DNA of 34,082 nucleotides from a virus (Duplodnaviria; Heunggongvirae; Uroviricota; Caudoviricetes), in the IMG/VR virus record IMGVR_UViG_3300045988_014597, positions 1 through 34,082 of that record. One strand, written 5' to 3'. Shown here in pieces: positions 25,480-33,999 of the stretch. Position 1 is the first letter of the stretch, and each line of letters starts with the position of its first letter. A program made the position numbers and the translations under genes. The notes below the pieces were generated by a model, which was not told where the DNA came from, did not search any database, and saw nothing but the letters and a program-made list of their open reading frames with translations.

Positions 25480-25629
25480 ATGAAAATCACAGATATCGAA
25501 GCATTCAAAGACGCGCAACTGATGGCACGCATCGCCGTCAGCAACCTGAGCAACAGCATTCCGGCGGAAGCGTTCTGGTTCGCCGCGATGCAGACACTTA
25601 AAGCAGCTTATGCAGGAGAGAAGAAATGA
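25480..25629 (+). CDS. Small hypothetical protein, 49 aa
   Basis: First ATG after the promoter; ATGA overlap with the next gene. Confidence 0.4.
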   Translation: MKITDIEAFKDAQLMARIAVSNLSNSIPAEAFWFAAMQTLKAAYAGEKK

Positions 25630-25823
25630 AAGTTAAAGCCGCTAAAATTCTCTGGTTAGCCGCCCTTGACTATGTGACAGAGGGTAAAGTGTATGATGTA
25701 TACAACCCGACAGCTACTGGTTTCGGTTATATAGACTCCGACGACGACTGCCATATTTTCATAGACTTTGGTAACGATGACGGTGATGGTTTCCACGGCG
25801 TTAAATGGGAGGTTGTAGAATGA
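25626..25823 (+). CDS. Small acidic protein, 65 aa
   Basis: Asp-rich (DSDDDCHIFIDFGNDDGDGF). Confidence 0.5.
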   Translation: MKVKAAKILWLAALDYVTEGKVYDVYNPTATGFGYIDSDDDCHIFIDFGNDDGDGFHGVKWEVVE

Positions 25824-25981
25824 GTGAACAAGGCCCAATAAACCAACCATTACGAGTAGGTCGTAAAGTCAACCACACCCCGTTCCCGACACGTGAGGAA
25901 CTGATGAAACGCAACAGTTTTCCGGGGCCGGACAAGAACAAGTATCTAAATCGCATGTGGGGAGAGCGTAAAAATGACTGA
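25820..25981 (+). CDS. Small hypothetical protein, 53 aa
   Basis: Overlaps both neighbours; too short for the ORF track. Confidence 0.35.
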   Translation: MSEQGPINQPLRVGRKVNHTPFPTREELMKRNSFPGPDKNKYLNRMWGERKND

Positions 25982-26198
25982 CCGAGACTATGAAAAGATG
26001 ATGGTAGAGGCCGTTAACAGCGGCGTAGACATTAGCTACGTGATGCACGTCCTGAATACTAAAATCGCGGTAGCCGAGCAAATAGTTGAGTCGCTTTACG
26101 AGACACGCCGTGAACTAATTAACCGCTTCAACCTGAACAAAGGTGGCACCAATGCCATCGACACCGACAAAATTCCGGACCTGAACCTGGAGGATTAA
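25974..26198 (+). CDS. Hypothetical protein, 74 aa
   Basis: ATGA-type overlap with the upstream gene. Confidence 0.5.
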   Translation: MTDRDYEKMMVEAVNSGVDISYVMHVLNTKIAVAEQIVESLYETRRELINRFNLNKGGTNAIDTDKIPDLNLED

Positions 26199-26203
26199 CA
26201 AAA

Positions 26204-26503
26204 ATGAGTAGTAGCACATTAGATAAAATTGAAAAAATGCAGGTCATCCTGCGAAATATGAAATCAGACATTAAGCGACAGGACCGGTTGAATTCAATAA
26301 ACAGAATGGAACTAACTACGAAGCAAGCGCAGAAGCGCAATGCTGAAGCGGCATGGATAGCAATGGAACAGATTAAGCGCCGTCATGAATTGCATGCCTT
26401 GTCTGTTGAGTTGGGGTTTGCAGAACGAAGGGATGATTATAGCGCAATAGAGTTAACTGACGGATGGCATTGCTTTACTTACAAACCAAGAGAGCCAGAT
26501 TGA
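26204..26503 (+). CDS. Hypothetical protein, 99 aa
   Basis: ORF with a plausible start context. Confidence 0.55.
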   Translation: MSSSTLDKIEKMQVILRNMKSDIKRQDRLNSINRMELTTKQAQKRNAEAAWIAMEQIKRRHELHALSVELGFAERRDDYSAIELTDGWHCFTYKPREPD

Positions 26504-26602
26504 GCCACAAGAAATTTGCAATTAGCCGTGAGCACGCCGCCGTAGTGGCCGACGATATACGAGAAACGGCGTGGCTTGGTGATGGGATAGTGGGGTGATT
26601 AT

Positions 26603-26773
26603 ATGTTCAGTGACATCAACGCAGCAATAGAAGAAGCAATCTGGCGTCGCTACAACGGCGAACAGCAACGGCACTTCTGCCTGGTGCAACGGGGTAACAT
26701 GATTGCTGTAGTGCAGGACCGCGACAACAAATATCCGAATGCGATGTGGACAACGAGGAATTTCTTAGGATGA
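26603..26773 (+). CDS. Small hypothetical protein, 56 aa
   Basis: GGGGTGA RBS; stop overlaps the next ATG. Confidence 0.4.
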   Translation: MFSDINAAIEEAIWRRYNGEQQRHFCLVQRGNMIAVVQDRDNKYPNAMWTTRNFLG

Positions 26774-27006
26774 TTACCAGCATCCCAAACCTGATTAAAG
26801 AATACGGCACGATGGCCGAGACATGCCGACAAACCGGCATCAACGAAATGACGATTGCGAAGTACAGCAAAGACGTGAATTGCGAGCGCCACGTAATTTA
26901 TAACAACCGTCTTATGACGCATGTTAAGACAAGCCCGGTGCTATTCACGCGCCGTGGTATCACTAAAACTGAGCAACGCATCGCACGAGGGGAGAGCAGG
27001 GAATGA
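26770..27006 (+). CDS. Hypothetical protein with possible helix-turn-helix, 78 aa
   Basis: AETCRQTGINEMTIAKY resembles a DNA-binding helix-turn-helix. Confidence 0.45.
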   Translation: MITSIPNLIKEYGTMAETCRQTGINEMTIAKYSKDVNCERHVIYNNRLMTHVKTSPVLFTRRGITKTEQRIARGESRE

Positions 27007-27182
27007 TTATCTTGAAATTACTTAATAACATCGGTGACCTGGTGTTTTGGCTGTCGTTTCTGGTAGCTTTCACCGCCTATAGTGATGTATTTTACAATTT
27101 GCCGCGGTATATCTGGTGGCCCATGGTTTTAGGCATGGGGCTATCTGGTATCGCCGGAATCCTTTTGTGGGTTTTCAAATGA
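27003..27182 (+). CDS. Small membrane protein, 59 aa
   Basis: Two hydrophobic helices; ATGA overlap with the upstream gene. Confidence 0.4.
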   Translation: MIILKLLNNIGDLVFWLSFLVAFTAYSDVFYNLPRYIWWPMVLGMGLSGIAGILLWVFK

Positions 27183-27283
27183 GGCTGTTAATCGTCCCTA
27201 ACGCATGGGTTATCGCCGCAGCTAACGACCATTACGGCGGCGACGGTAAAAGAGCACCACGACACGGCCTATATAACTGATAC

Positions 27284-27306
27284 AAGCCCTCTACGGAGGG
27301 CTTTTC
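27284..27306 (+). terminator. Intrinsic terminator closing the small-gene block
   Basis: AAGCCCTC-TACG-GAGGGCTT hairpin followed by TTCT. Confidence 0.6.
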
Positions 27307-27401
27307 TGTACATCCTGCCCAATCCCCTTATATAATCCCTTTAGACGCGTAGGGCGCGTCTGGTGCGCTCTGATGATCAGACGCATATGCAAGGGGATTC
27401 T

Positions 27402-27947
27402 ATGAAGCTGAAACTTAAGCAGCCATCGCCAGAGGTGGTGCAAGCTGCACATGAAGAAGCTGTTAGCGCAAACCGTCGCCGTAAACGACCGCGCGGTAAA
27501 CAGAGCCTTTATCAATCGTCCCGTAACTCCGCTGCGCTGTGGGACCCGGACTATTGCGACGAATTGATTAGTTTCTTTGACCGCACGTCATGGGAACTTG
27601 TGCCCACGTCTAAGGGTGACGAACGTCCGCTGATTCAGGATAAGCCACCATCTCTGGCCCGCTTTGCCTTACACATCGGCGTCACTATCCCTATTATCAA
27701 GCTGTGGCTGCGTGAGATTCCCGCATTTGCAGAAGCCTGGGAGACCGCACAGGCGCTTGAAGAGGCGTACTTCACTGAGACCGGGGCCGCAGGCATCTCG
27801 GCTACGTTCGCTGCCGCGAAACTTGGCCTTGGCAAAGAGAAACCGGTTGAATCCACCGAAGAAACAGCACCAACCGAGATTATTTTTAGTGTTGCGGAGC
27901 CTGTAGGTAAAATCGTAACAACGAATATGGGCGAGGTAGAGGAATGA
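27402..27947 (+). CDS. Terminase small subunit, about 181 aa
   Basis: Immediately upstream of and overlapping the large terminase; basic N-terminal region. ATG at 27402 with an AAGGGGA RBS. Confidence 0.6.
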   Translation: MKLKLKQPSPEVVQAAHEEAVSANRRRKRPRGKQSLYQSSRNSAALWDPDYCDELISFFDRTSWELVPTSKGDERPLIQDKPPSLARFALHIGVTIPIIKLWLREIPAFAEAWETAQALEEAYFTETGAAGISATFAAAKLGLGKEKPVESTEETAPTEIIFSVAEPVGKIVTTNMGEVEE

Positions 27948-29194
27948 GTATTCAGCTATCCGCACCACAGGCACTGTTCCTGAATTGCGATAACAAATAC
28001 AAAGCCTATGTTGGAGGCTTCGGAAGCGGCAAGACATTTGTCGGCTGTCTGGACCTGCTTACGTTTATGCTCAAGCACCCCGGTACGCGCCTGGGCTACT
28101 TCGGCCCGACCTATCCCGCCATCCGTGACATCTTCTACCCAACATTCGAGGAAGCGGCTAACCTGCTCGGCCTTGATGTGCTGGTTAAATCCGGCGACAA
28201 AGAAGTCGTGGTTACTCGCGGTAAGACGGTGCTCGGGACCGTTATCTGCCGCTCTATGGATAACCCCGGCTCGATTGTGGGTTTCAAAATCGCCGCAGCA
28301 TGCGTGGATGAGCTGGACGTATTGAGTCGTGAGAAAGCTGAGCTGGCGTGGAACAAAATTGTGGCCCGTATGCGTCTGGTTATCCCAGGTGTAACTAACC
28401 ACATCTCCGTTACCACGACGCCGGAAGGGTTCAAGTTCGTCTACGCCAAGTTCAAGGAGAACCCGACACCGAGTTACTCGATGGTGCAGGCTTCCACACA
28501 TGAGAACGCGCGATTCCTGCCGCCGGATTACATTAGCTCGCTGACTGAGACTTACCCAGCACAGTTGATTAACGCGTATCTGAACGGTGAGTTCGTTAAC
28601 CTGACCTCCGGCAGCGTGTATTACGCATACGACCGCCGTAAGCACCGCAGCAAAGAGACAATTCAACCGGGAGACACTTTGTACATCGGGCAGGACTTCA
28701 ACGTTACGAAGAACGCCAGCGCTGTGTATGTGCAGCGTAAAGACGGCTGGCATGCGGTGGCTGAACTGAAAGGCCTGTTTGATACGCCAGACACCGTGCG
28801 CGTAATTACTGAGAAGTGGAAGTCACAAGGCCACCGCATCGTTGTTTACCCGGACGCCAGCGGCAAGAACCGCAAGACAAACTCGGCATCAATCTCAGAT
28901 ATTGCATTACTCCAGCAGGCCGGGTTCGATGTTCGCGCTAAATCCGCCAACCCCCCGGTTAAAGACCGTGTTTTAGCGGTGAATACCGCGCTGGAAAAAG
29001 GTAAGCTGTGGGTTAATGACCACCTATGTCCTGAGATAGCGAAGACGCTGGAGCAGCAGGCATACGACGATAACGGAGAGCCAGCTAAAGACGGCGTCAT
29101 TGACCATATGGCGGACGCTCTAGGCTATCCTGTAGTTTACGAGATGCCGGTGGTTAAACCAGTAATCAACATCCCGGTGACTTTCGCACTTTAA
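27944..29194 (+). CDS. Terminase large subunit, 416 aa
   Basis: Walker A GGFGSGKTF near the N-terminus; nuclease-sized C-terminal half; position before the portal gene. Confidence 0.9.
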   Translation: MSIQLSAPQALFLNCDNKYKAYVGGFGSGKTFVGCLDLLTFMLKHPGTRLGYFGPTYPAIRDIFYPTFEEAANLLGLDVLVKSGDKEVVVTRGKTVLGTVICRSMDNPGSIVGFKIAAACVDELDVLSREKAELAWNKIVARMRLVIPGVTNHISVTTTPEGFKFVYAKFKENPTPSYSMVQASTHENARFLPPDYISSLTETYPAQLINAYLNGEFVNLTSGSVYYAYDRRKHRSKETIQPGDTLYIGQDFNVTKNASAVYVQRKDGWHAVAELKGLFDTPDTVRVITEKWKSQGHRIVVYPDASGKNRKTNSASISDIALLQQAGFDVRAKSANPPVKDRVLAVNTALEKGKLWVNDHLCPEIAKTLEQQAYDDNGEPAKDGVIDHMADALGYPVVYEMPVVKPVINIPVTFAL

Positions 29195-29206
29195 GAGGAT
29201 TATTCA

Positions 29207-30679
29207 ATGTTAACTATGAACGGTCAGAATCAGGGTGTTAAGACTAAACACCGGGAGTGGCTGCATCACTTCGATAAATGGCAGAAGGTGCGCCATGCGC
29301 TTGAGGGAGACCTTATTCGCTATCTTCGCAACGTCGGAAAGAATGAGCCGGACCCGACCTACGCAGCCCAGCGCCAGGAAGAATACGAGAACGGTGCTAT
29401 CTGTTACAACTTCACTAAACGTACCCTGGCGGGGATGGTGGGGTCGGTGATGCGCAAAGACCCTGAGCAGATTATTCCGCCTGAGCTTGAGTATCTGTTA
29501 CGCAACGCCGACGGTTCCGGTGTCGGGCTGTGGCAGCACGCGCAAGACACGCTGATGGAGATTGACTCGGTGGGCCGTGGCGGGTTGCTGGTGGACGCCC
29601 CGGAGACAGCTGCGGCAACGGCCGCCGAACAGAACGCGGGGTTATTAAACCCGACAATCGCATTCTATACCGCGGAGAACATCATCAACTGGCGACTAAC
29701 CCGCATCGGCTCCGTTAACCGTGTGACGATGGTCGTGTTACGTGAGGTGTGGGAATACTCAGAACCGGGCGCAGAGTTCGAAACAAAATTCGGTGAGCAA
29801 TACCGTGTCCTCGATTTAATTGACGGGCGCTACCGCCAGCGCATTTACCGCTTCGATGCAGAAGGTGGCGCACAGGGTGAAGTAAAAGAAATATTCCCGG
29901 AACTTGGCGAACAGTTGCGCGGTAGAATCCCGTTCACGTTCATTGGGGCGAGCAACAACGATGCGACCATCGATGACGCTCCTTTGCTGCCGTTGGCTGA
30001 ACTTAATATCGGGCACTTCCGTAACAGTGCGGACAATGAAGAATCCAGCTTCGTTGTAGGCCAGCCCACTCTGTTCATCGCCCCCGGCGAGAACATGAGT
30101 ACGGAACAGTGGAAAGAAGCCAACCCTCACGGCGTGCGCATGGGGTCGCGCTCAGGCCATAACATCGGGTATGGCGGTAATGCGTTTCTGGTTCAGGCAG
30201 AGGAGAACAACCTGGCCAAACAGAACATGCTGGATAAAGAGAATCAGGCCATCCAGATTGGCGCGCAGCTTATCACCCCGACGCAGCAAATAACCGCTGA
30301 ATCAGCCCGCCTGCAACGAGGCGCCGACACGTCCGTTATGGCAACAATCGCACGGAACGTAAGCATGGCATATACCGATGCGTTGCGCTGGGTTGCTGCG
30401 ATGCTAGGGTTGAGTGAAGGCACAGAGATTGAGTTCAAACTTAACATGGAGTTCTTCCTGCAACCGATGACCGCTCAGGACCGTGCTCAGTGGATGGCGG
30501 ATATTAACGCGGGCCTGCTACCGGCTACCGCTTACTATGCGGCATTGCGTAAGGCTGGCGTAACTGACTGGACGGACGAGGACATTCAGAACGCTATAGA
30601 GGACGCTCCGTTGCCGTTGGGCGCGGTTACTCAGGTGGCGGGGGAGATTCCTCAGTCGGCGCAGCATCAACAGGAGTAA
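29207..30679 (+). CDS. Portal protein, 490 aa
   Basis: Size and position immediately after the large terminase; acidic C-terminal region. Confidence 0.75.
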   Translation: MLTMNGQNQGVKTKHREWLHHFDKWQKVRHALEGDLIRYLRNVGKNEPDPTYAAQRQEEYENGAICYNFTKRTLAGMVGSVMRKDPEQIIPPELEYLLRNADGSGVGLWQHAQDTLMEIDSVGRGGLLVDAPETAAATAAEQNAGLLNPTIAFYTAENIINWRLTRIGSVNRVTMVVLREVWEYSEPGAEFETKFGEQYRVLDLIDGRYRQRIYRFDAEGGAQGEVKEIFPELGEQLRGRIPFTFIGASNNDATIDDAPLLPLAELNIGHFRNSADNEESSFVVGQPTLFIAPGENMSTEQWKEANPHGVRMGSRSGHNIGYGGNAFLVQAEENNLAKQNMLDKENQAIQIGAQLITPTQQITAESARLQRGADTSVMATIARNVSMAYTDALRWVAAMLGLSEGTEIEFKLNMEFFLQPMTAQDRAQWMADINAGLLPATAYYAALRKAGVTDWTDEDIQNAIEDAPLPLGAVTQVAGEIPQSAQHQQE

Positions 30680-30684
30680 AATGG

Positions 30685-30706
30685 AAAGGCCCCATTATGG
30701 GGCTTT
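30685..30706. terminator. Bidirectional intrinsic terminator between the portal gene and the convergent methyltransferase gene
   Basis: AAAGGCCCC-ATTAT-GGGGCTTT; the methyltransferase stop codon lies in the loop. Confidence 0.65.
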
Positions 30707-31447
30707 AGCTTTATATGCTTCAGATATGCGTCTTCTGGCTATACGGAAGTAGTCGCGGTCTAGTTCCATACCTATAAACTTCCGGTTTGTGTTCGCACAC
30801 GCAACTCCGGTTGTCCCGCTACCCATACAGTTATCAAGAACTGTATCCCCTTCGTTTGTGTATGTTTTAATCAGGTATTCCATGAGTGCTACTGGCTTTT
30901 GTGTCGGGTGTACTGTGCCACCCTCATTATCAAAACGTAAAACAGAATCTGGGTATCCCGTTTGCGTCTGACGATACGTATCTTTGTGAGAAGGCCGGGT
31001 GTTAACGAAGGCCCTGTCTTTCCTAATATTGGTAAGGGTTACGTCACACTGCCTGACCCCTTGCGGGTTGTATGCCATACGGCGTTCACTTTTATTCGCT
31101 GTGGTCCCTTTGCTGAAAACCGCGATTTCCTCATGCCCTCTTAATGGCTTATTTTTAGCATTAAATACATCACCTTTTCTGCTCTTCACCCATATCCAGC
31201 AGTATTTAAACATATCCATATTTGACGCTATAAGGGCTGTGGTGAACGGCTGCGCACAGGTTAAAACTATAGCACCACGGCCCGTTATTATTCGGGAATA
31301 ATGAAACCATAGTTGGTCAAATGGAAGCACACTATCCCACTTACATGAAGTGGTGCCATAAGGTAAATCGCACAGTATAAGGTCGATACTTTTGTCCGGT
31401 ATGCCGGCCATCAACTCCAAACAATCCCCACGTTTCAAAGTAAACAC
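30695..31447 (-). CDS. DNA methyltransferase, N6-adenine / N4-cytosine family, 250 aa, GTG start
   Basis: Catalytic tetrapeptide region LILCDLPYG (a DPPY variant) N-terminal to the SAM motif VLDNCMGSGTTGVA; GGAGG RBS; own family B-type promoter. Confidence 0.8.
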   Translation of the reverse strand: MFTLKRGDCLELMAGIPDKSIDLILCDLPYGTTSCKWDSVLPFDQLWFHYSRIITGRGAIVLTCAQPFTTALIASNMDMFKYCWIWVKSRKGDVFNAKNKPLRGHEEIAVFSKGTTANKSERRMAYNPQGVRQCDVTLTNIRKDRAFVNTRPSHKDTYRQTQTGYPDSVLRFDNEGGTVHPTQKPVALMEYLIKTYTNEGDTVLDNCMGSGTTGVACANTNRKFIGMELDRDYFRIARRRISEAYKAKAP

Positions 31448-31475
31448 TTTAACACCTCCTGTTTAAGTTAGCAGA

Positions 31476-31504
31476 ATAGTACCCTATTATATTGGTGTCT
31501 GCAA
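31476..31504 (-). promoter_or_regulatory. Family B-type promoter (TTGCAG-N17-TACTAT) with embedded palindrome GAATAG-N4-CTATT, driving the methyltransferase
   Basis: Reverse strand reads TTGCAGACACCAATATAATAGGGTACTAT; palindrome at 31474-31488. Confidence 0.6.
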
Positions 31505-31548
31505 ATATTATTTTTATGCGTTACACTGTCGATACTACAGGAGGGCCT

Positions 31549-32592
31549 ATGAGCTTACTTACATCCTTAATCAGCCACCAGATATGGCTGCAACGCGCCG
31601 CATCCGGTGAAGTGAAAGACCTCACACCGTTCATTAAGGAGATGCGGGACGAAATCAAACGGCAGGTGCTGTTATTCGGCGACGATGGCCGTAGCACTGC
31701 GCGACTGAATAAACTGTTACGCGACCTCGAAGAAGCACTGACCGGGCTTACAGGTGACTGGCAAACAAAGCTGACAGAAGACCTTAAGGATCTGGCGGCG
31801 TATGAGGCTGAGTGGAATGTGAAGACACTGACCGCCAACGTTAACACGGAATTTGTTACACCTACCGCCGAACAGGTGTGGGCCGCTGCCGAGTTTCAGC
31901 CTCTGTCACTTAGTGACAAGCCTGTTGACTTCACTAAGCTGATGTCAGGTTGGGGTGAAGCGGAGGTCGCGCGCCTGGTAACTGGCGTTAAGATGGGCTT
32001 TGTACAGGGCCAGACAACGCGGCAGATTGTTAAAAGTGTTGTCGGCGCTGGCGGGCTGGCTGACATCTCCGAGCGTAACGCCGCTACAGTAATACGTACC
32101 GCACTGTCCCACGTATCCAACGAAGCCCGTAACGAGACGTACCGCCAGAACGACGACATCATCGAGAAATACGAGTGGGTGTCGACGCTGGACAGCCGTA
32201 CCAGTACGATTTGCAGGGCCAGAGACGGGATGACGTGGGAAATCGGTAAAGGTCCGAGGCCCCCAGCCCATCCGAATTGCCGAAGTACCACTGCGCCCGT
32301 AATCAGTTCGGAGTTCGACTTCCTCGATAAAGGCGCAAAACGCGCGGCTAAAGGCGCAGACGGCGGCACTCAGGTAAGCGCAGACACCACTTACTACGAG
32401 TTCCTGAAACAACAACCAGCGTGGTTTCAAGATGAAGCGCTCGGCCCGGTGCGAGGTAAGATTTTCCGTAACAGCGGTATAACGCCGGAAGAGTTTCGCG
32501 TAATATCTGTAGATGGTTTCGGGAATCCGCTGACGCTTAAGCAGATGGCGGAACTCGATAAACGTGTTGCTGATTATCTGAAAGGGGAATAA
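31549..32592 (+). CDS. Head morphogenesis protein (SPP1 gp7 / Mu F-like), about 347 aa
   Basis: C-terminal signature YEWVSTLDSRTSTICRARDGMTW...PPAHPNCRSTT; GGAGGG RBS before ATG 31549. Confidence 0.85.
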   Translation: MSLLTSLISHQIWLQRAASGEVKDLTPFIKEMRDEIKRQVLLFGDDGRSTARLNKLLRDLEEALTGLTGDWQTKLTEDLKDLAAYEAEWNVKTLTANVNTEFVTPTAEQVWAAAEFQPLSLSDKPVDFTKLMSGWGEAEVARLVTGVKMGFVQGQTTRQIVKSVVGAGGLADISERNAATVIRTALSHVSNEARNETYRQNDDIIEKYEWVSTLDSRTSTICRARDGMTWEIGKGPRPPAHPNCRSTTAPVISSEFDFLDKGAKRAAKGADGGTQVSADTTYYEFLKQQPAWFQDEALGPVRGKIFRNSGITPEEFRVISVDGFGNPLTLKQMAELDKRVADYLKGE

Positions 32593-33053
32593 TGATGGGC
32601 TTTTTCAAAGTAACTGATGTGCCGTCGCGTCGCGTAGTTCAGTACGCCCGAGTGTCTGGCTCTGGCGAGAACGTGGTATTTATTGAAGATGAAAGTGTAC
32701 TAGGCGCACCAGTAGACGATATGCCGTTTGCAGATAAAACCGGTATTGCGCTGCCAGCGGCGGGTATGCTTTACGAGATTCCGTATCTGGCAGACGCTGG
32801 CGACGTGTATTTCTCTGTGCAACCAAAAGATGCAGAACTGACCGATGGCAGCGCAACCATCACTGTCGAGGTTAAGGCGGGCAAAGCGCCGTATGTGCTG
32901 ACCTGGTACAAAGACGGTAAGGAAGTGGTAAATGCCCCGGAAGAGGCTTTGTCTCTGACGGTTAATGCAGTTGGTGAATACTTCGTTAAAGCCACCGATG
33001 CTGATGGTGTAGAGGCGGTAAGCAAAGCGGCGAAGGTTACTAAGCCAGAATGA
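32592..33053 (+). CDS. Ig-like domain protein, 153 aa
   Basis: C-terminal half resembles an Ig-like fold (ITVEVKAGKAPYVLTWYKDGKEV...EYFVKATDADG). Role as a decoration or structural protein not determinable. Confidence 0.5.
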   Translation: MMGFFKVTDVPSRRVVQYARVSGSGENVVFIEDESVLGAPVDDMPFADKTGIALPAAGMLYEIPYLADAGDVYFSVQPKDAELTDGSATITVEVKAGKAPYVLTWYKDGKEVVNAPEEALSLTVNAVGEYFVKATDADGVEAVSKAAKVTKPE

Positions 33054-33054
33054 T

Positions 33055-33077
33055 AAAAGGCCCCATTACGGGGCCTT
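33055..33077. terminator. Bidirectional intrinsic terminator
   Basis: AAAGGCCCC-ATTAC-GGGGCCTT, nearly identical to the hairpin at 30685-30706; the stop of the convergent reverse-strand gene lies in the loop. Confidence 0.65.
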
Positions 33078-33374
33078 AACTTTCCATACTTCCCTTAGCG
33101 CTACGAGTTTATGATTACCGATATCCCTTGATATTATTGAATCTGTAAAACCATTGAACCATGATTTCATCCAGTCAGACGTTCTGAAATCTGAGTATAG
33201 AATATGTATTGTTTGCGGGGCGTCTACATCGTAATGCTGGCACACATAAACACAACCGCTGGCGAATATAACAGCTTTAAACGTATCGTAGTCTTCTGAA
33301 TCCGGGAACTCGCTAGAGTCCCCGACAAGATATCTGTACGCGTATTTTTTAGTAGTCTTCTTTCTTTTCCGCAT
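33066..33374 (-). CDS. Hypothetical protein, 102 aa
   Basis: ORF in an AT-richer reverse-strand block; basic N-terminus. Confidence 0.5.
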   Translation of the reverse strand: MRKRKKTTKKYAYRYLVGDSSEFPDSEDYDTFKAVIFASGCVYVCQHYDVDAPQTIHILYSDFRTSDWMKSWFNGFTDSIISRDIGNHKLVALREVWKVKAP

Positions 33375-33383
33375 GGCGATTTC

Positions 33384-33623
33384 TCAGAAGTGTATTACTG
33401 GTTGTTTAAACTTCCAGTCACAATCTACCTGTTTAATAACGCCTTTCGCAACAAGGCTGTCTATGAACTCCTGACCTGAATTCGTCTTGTACCATGTATA
33501 TCTGTTCCCGACTTTTACGCCGGGTAGGCTATGGTACACAACACCGTCAACCACCATAAAAGAGACGCCGATAGTACCTTTTTCTGCATAGAGTTTTTTA
33601 CCCGCACTGCTCATGTAGCACAT
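33384..33623 (-). CDS. Hypothetical protein, 79 aa
   Basis: ORF in the same block. Confidence 0.5.
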   Translation of the reverse strand: MCYMSSAGKKLYAEKGTIGVSFMVVDGVVYHSLPGVKVGNRYTWYKTNSGQEFIDSLVAKGVIKQVDCDWKFKQPVIHF

Positions 33624-33655
33624 CTCCCACGTAGATAGTTAGTAAGGTAAGGCCC

Positions 33656-33841
33656 TTAGGCCTTACGAATTGTATACCCATACCCAAGGTAGCCGTTTTT
33701 CTCTTGCATAGCGGAGGCGCGAAGCAGAGCAGCATTCTCACCTTTAACTACGGCGACCACATAATCGGTAGCGTCCGGACCGTTTTCTACAACTTCATAC
33801 GCCTGTACGTTCTTGGTGGTAAGTTCATATGTGTTAGTCAT
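33656..33841 (-). CDS. Hypothetical protein, 61 aa
   Basis: Driven by a family B promoter and leader that matches the + strand cassette at 21236-21301. Confidence 0.55.
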   Translation of the reverse strand: MTNTYELTTKNVQAYEVVENGPDATDYVVAVVKGENAALLRASAMQEKNGYLGYGYTIRKA

Positions 33842-33875
33842 TTCTAAATTCCTTATCTCTCGTTTCGATAAGTGA

Positions 33876-33904
33876 ATAGTACCCTATTATGTTGGTGTGT
33901 GCAA
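33876..33904 (-). promoter_or_regulatory. Family B promoter (TTGCAC-N17-TACTAT) with embedded palindrome GAATAG-N4-CTATT
   Basis: Reverse strand reads TTGCACACACCAACATAATAGGGTACTAT; palindrome at 33874-33888. Confidence 0.6.
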
Positions 33905-33970
33905 ACTATTTATTTACCTATTCCAATTATCCCACTAAATTGTAAATGTTGGAATAAACTATTCGAATAG

Positions 33971-33999
33971 TTGACTTTTCACTAAAAATGTGCTAAGCT
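33971..33999 (+). promoter_or_regulatory. Strong sigma70-like promoter with extended -10 (TTGACT-N17-TGC-TAAGCT), copy 2
   Basis: Same architecture as 20927-20955; preceded by the perfect palindrome CTATTCGAATAG at 33959-33970. Confidence 0.6.

Noticed and set aside
1-33910. Three copies of CCCTATTAT(A/G)TTGG(G/T)GTGTGCAA on the + strand, at first looking like dispersed direct repeats
   Set aside because: On the reverse strand each is the -35 and spacer of a family B promoter driving a leftward gene, so they are promoters rather than an independent repeat family.
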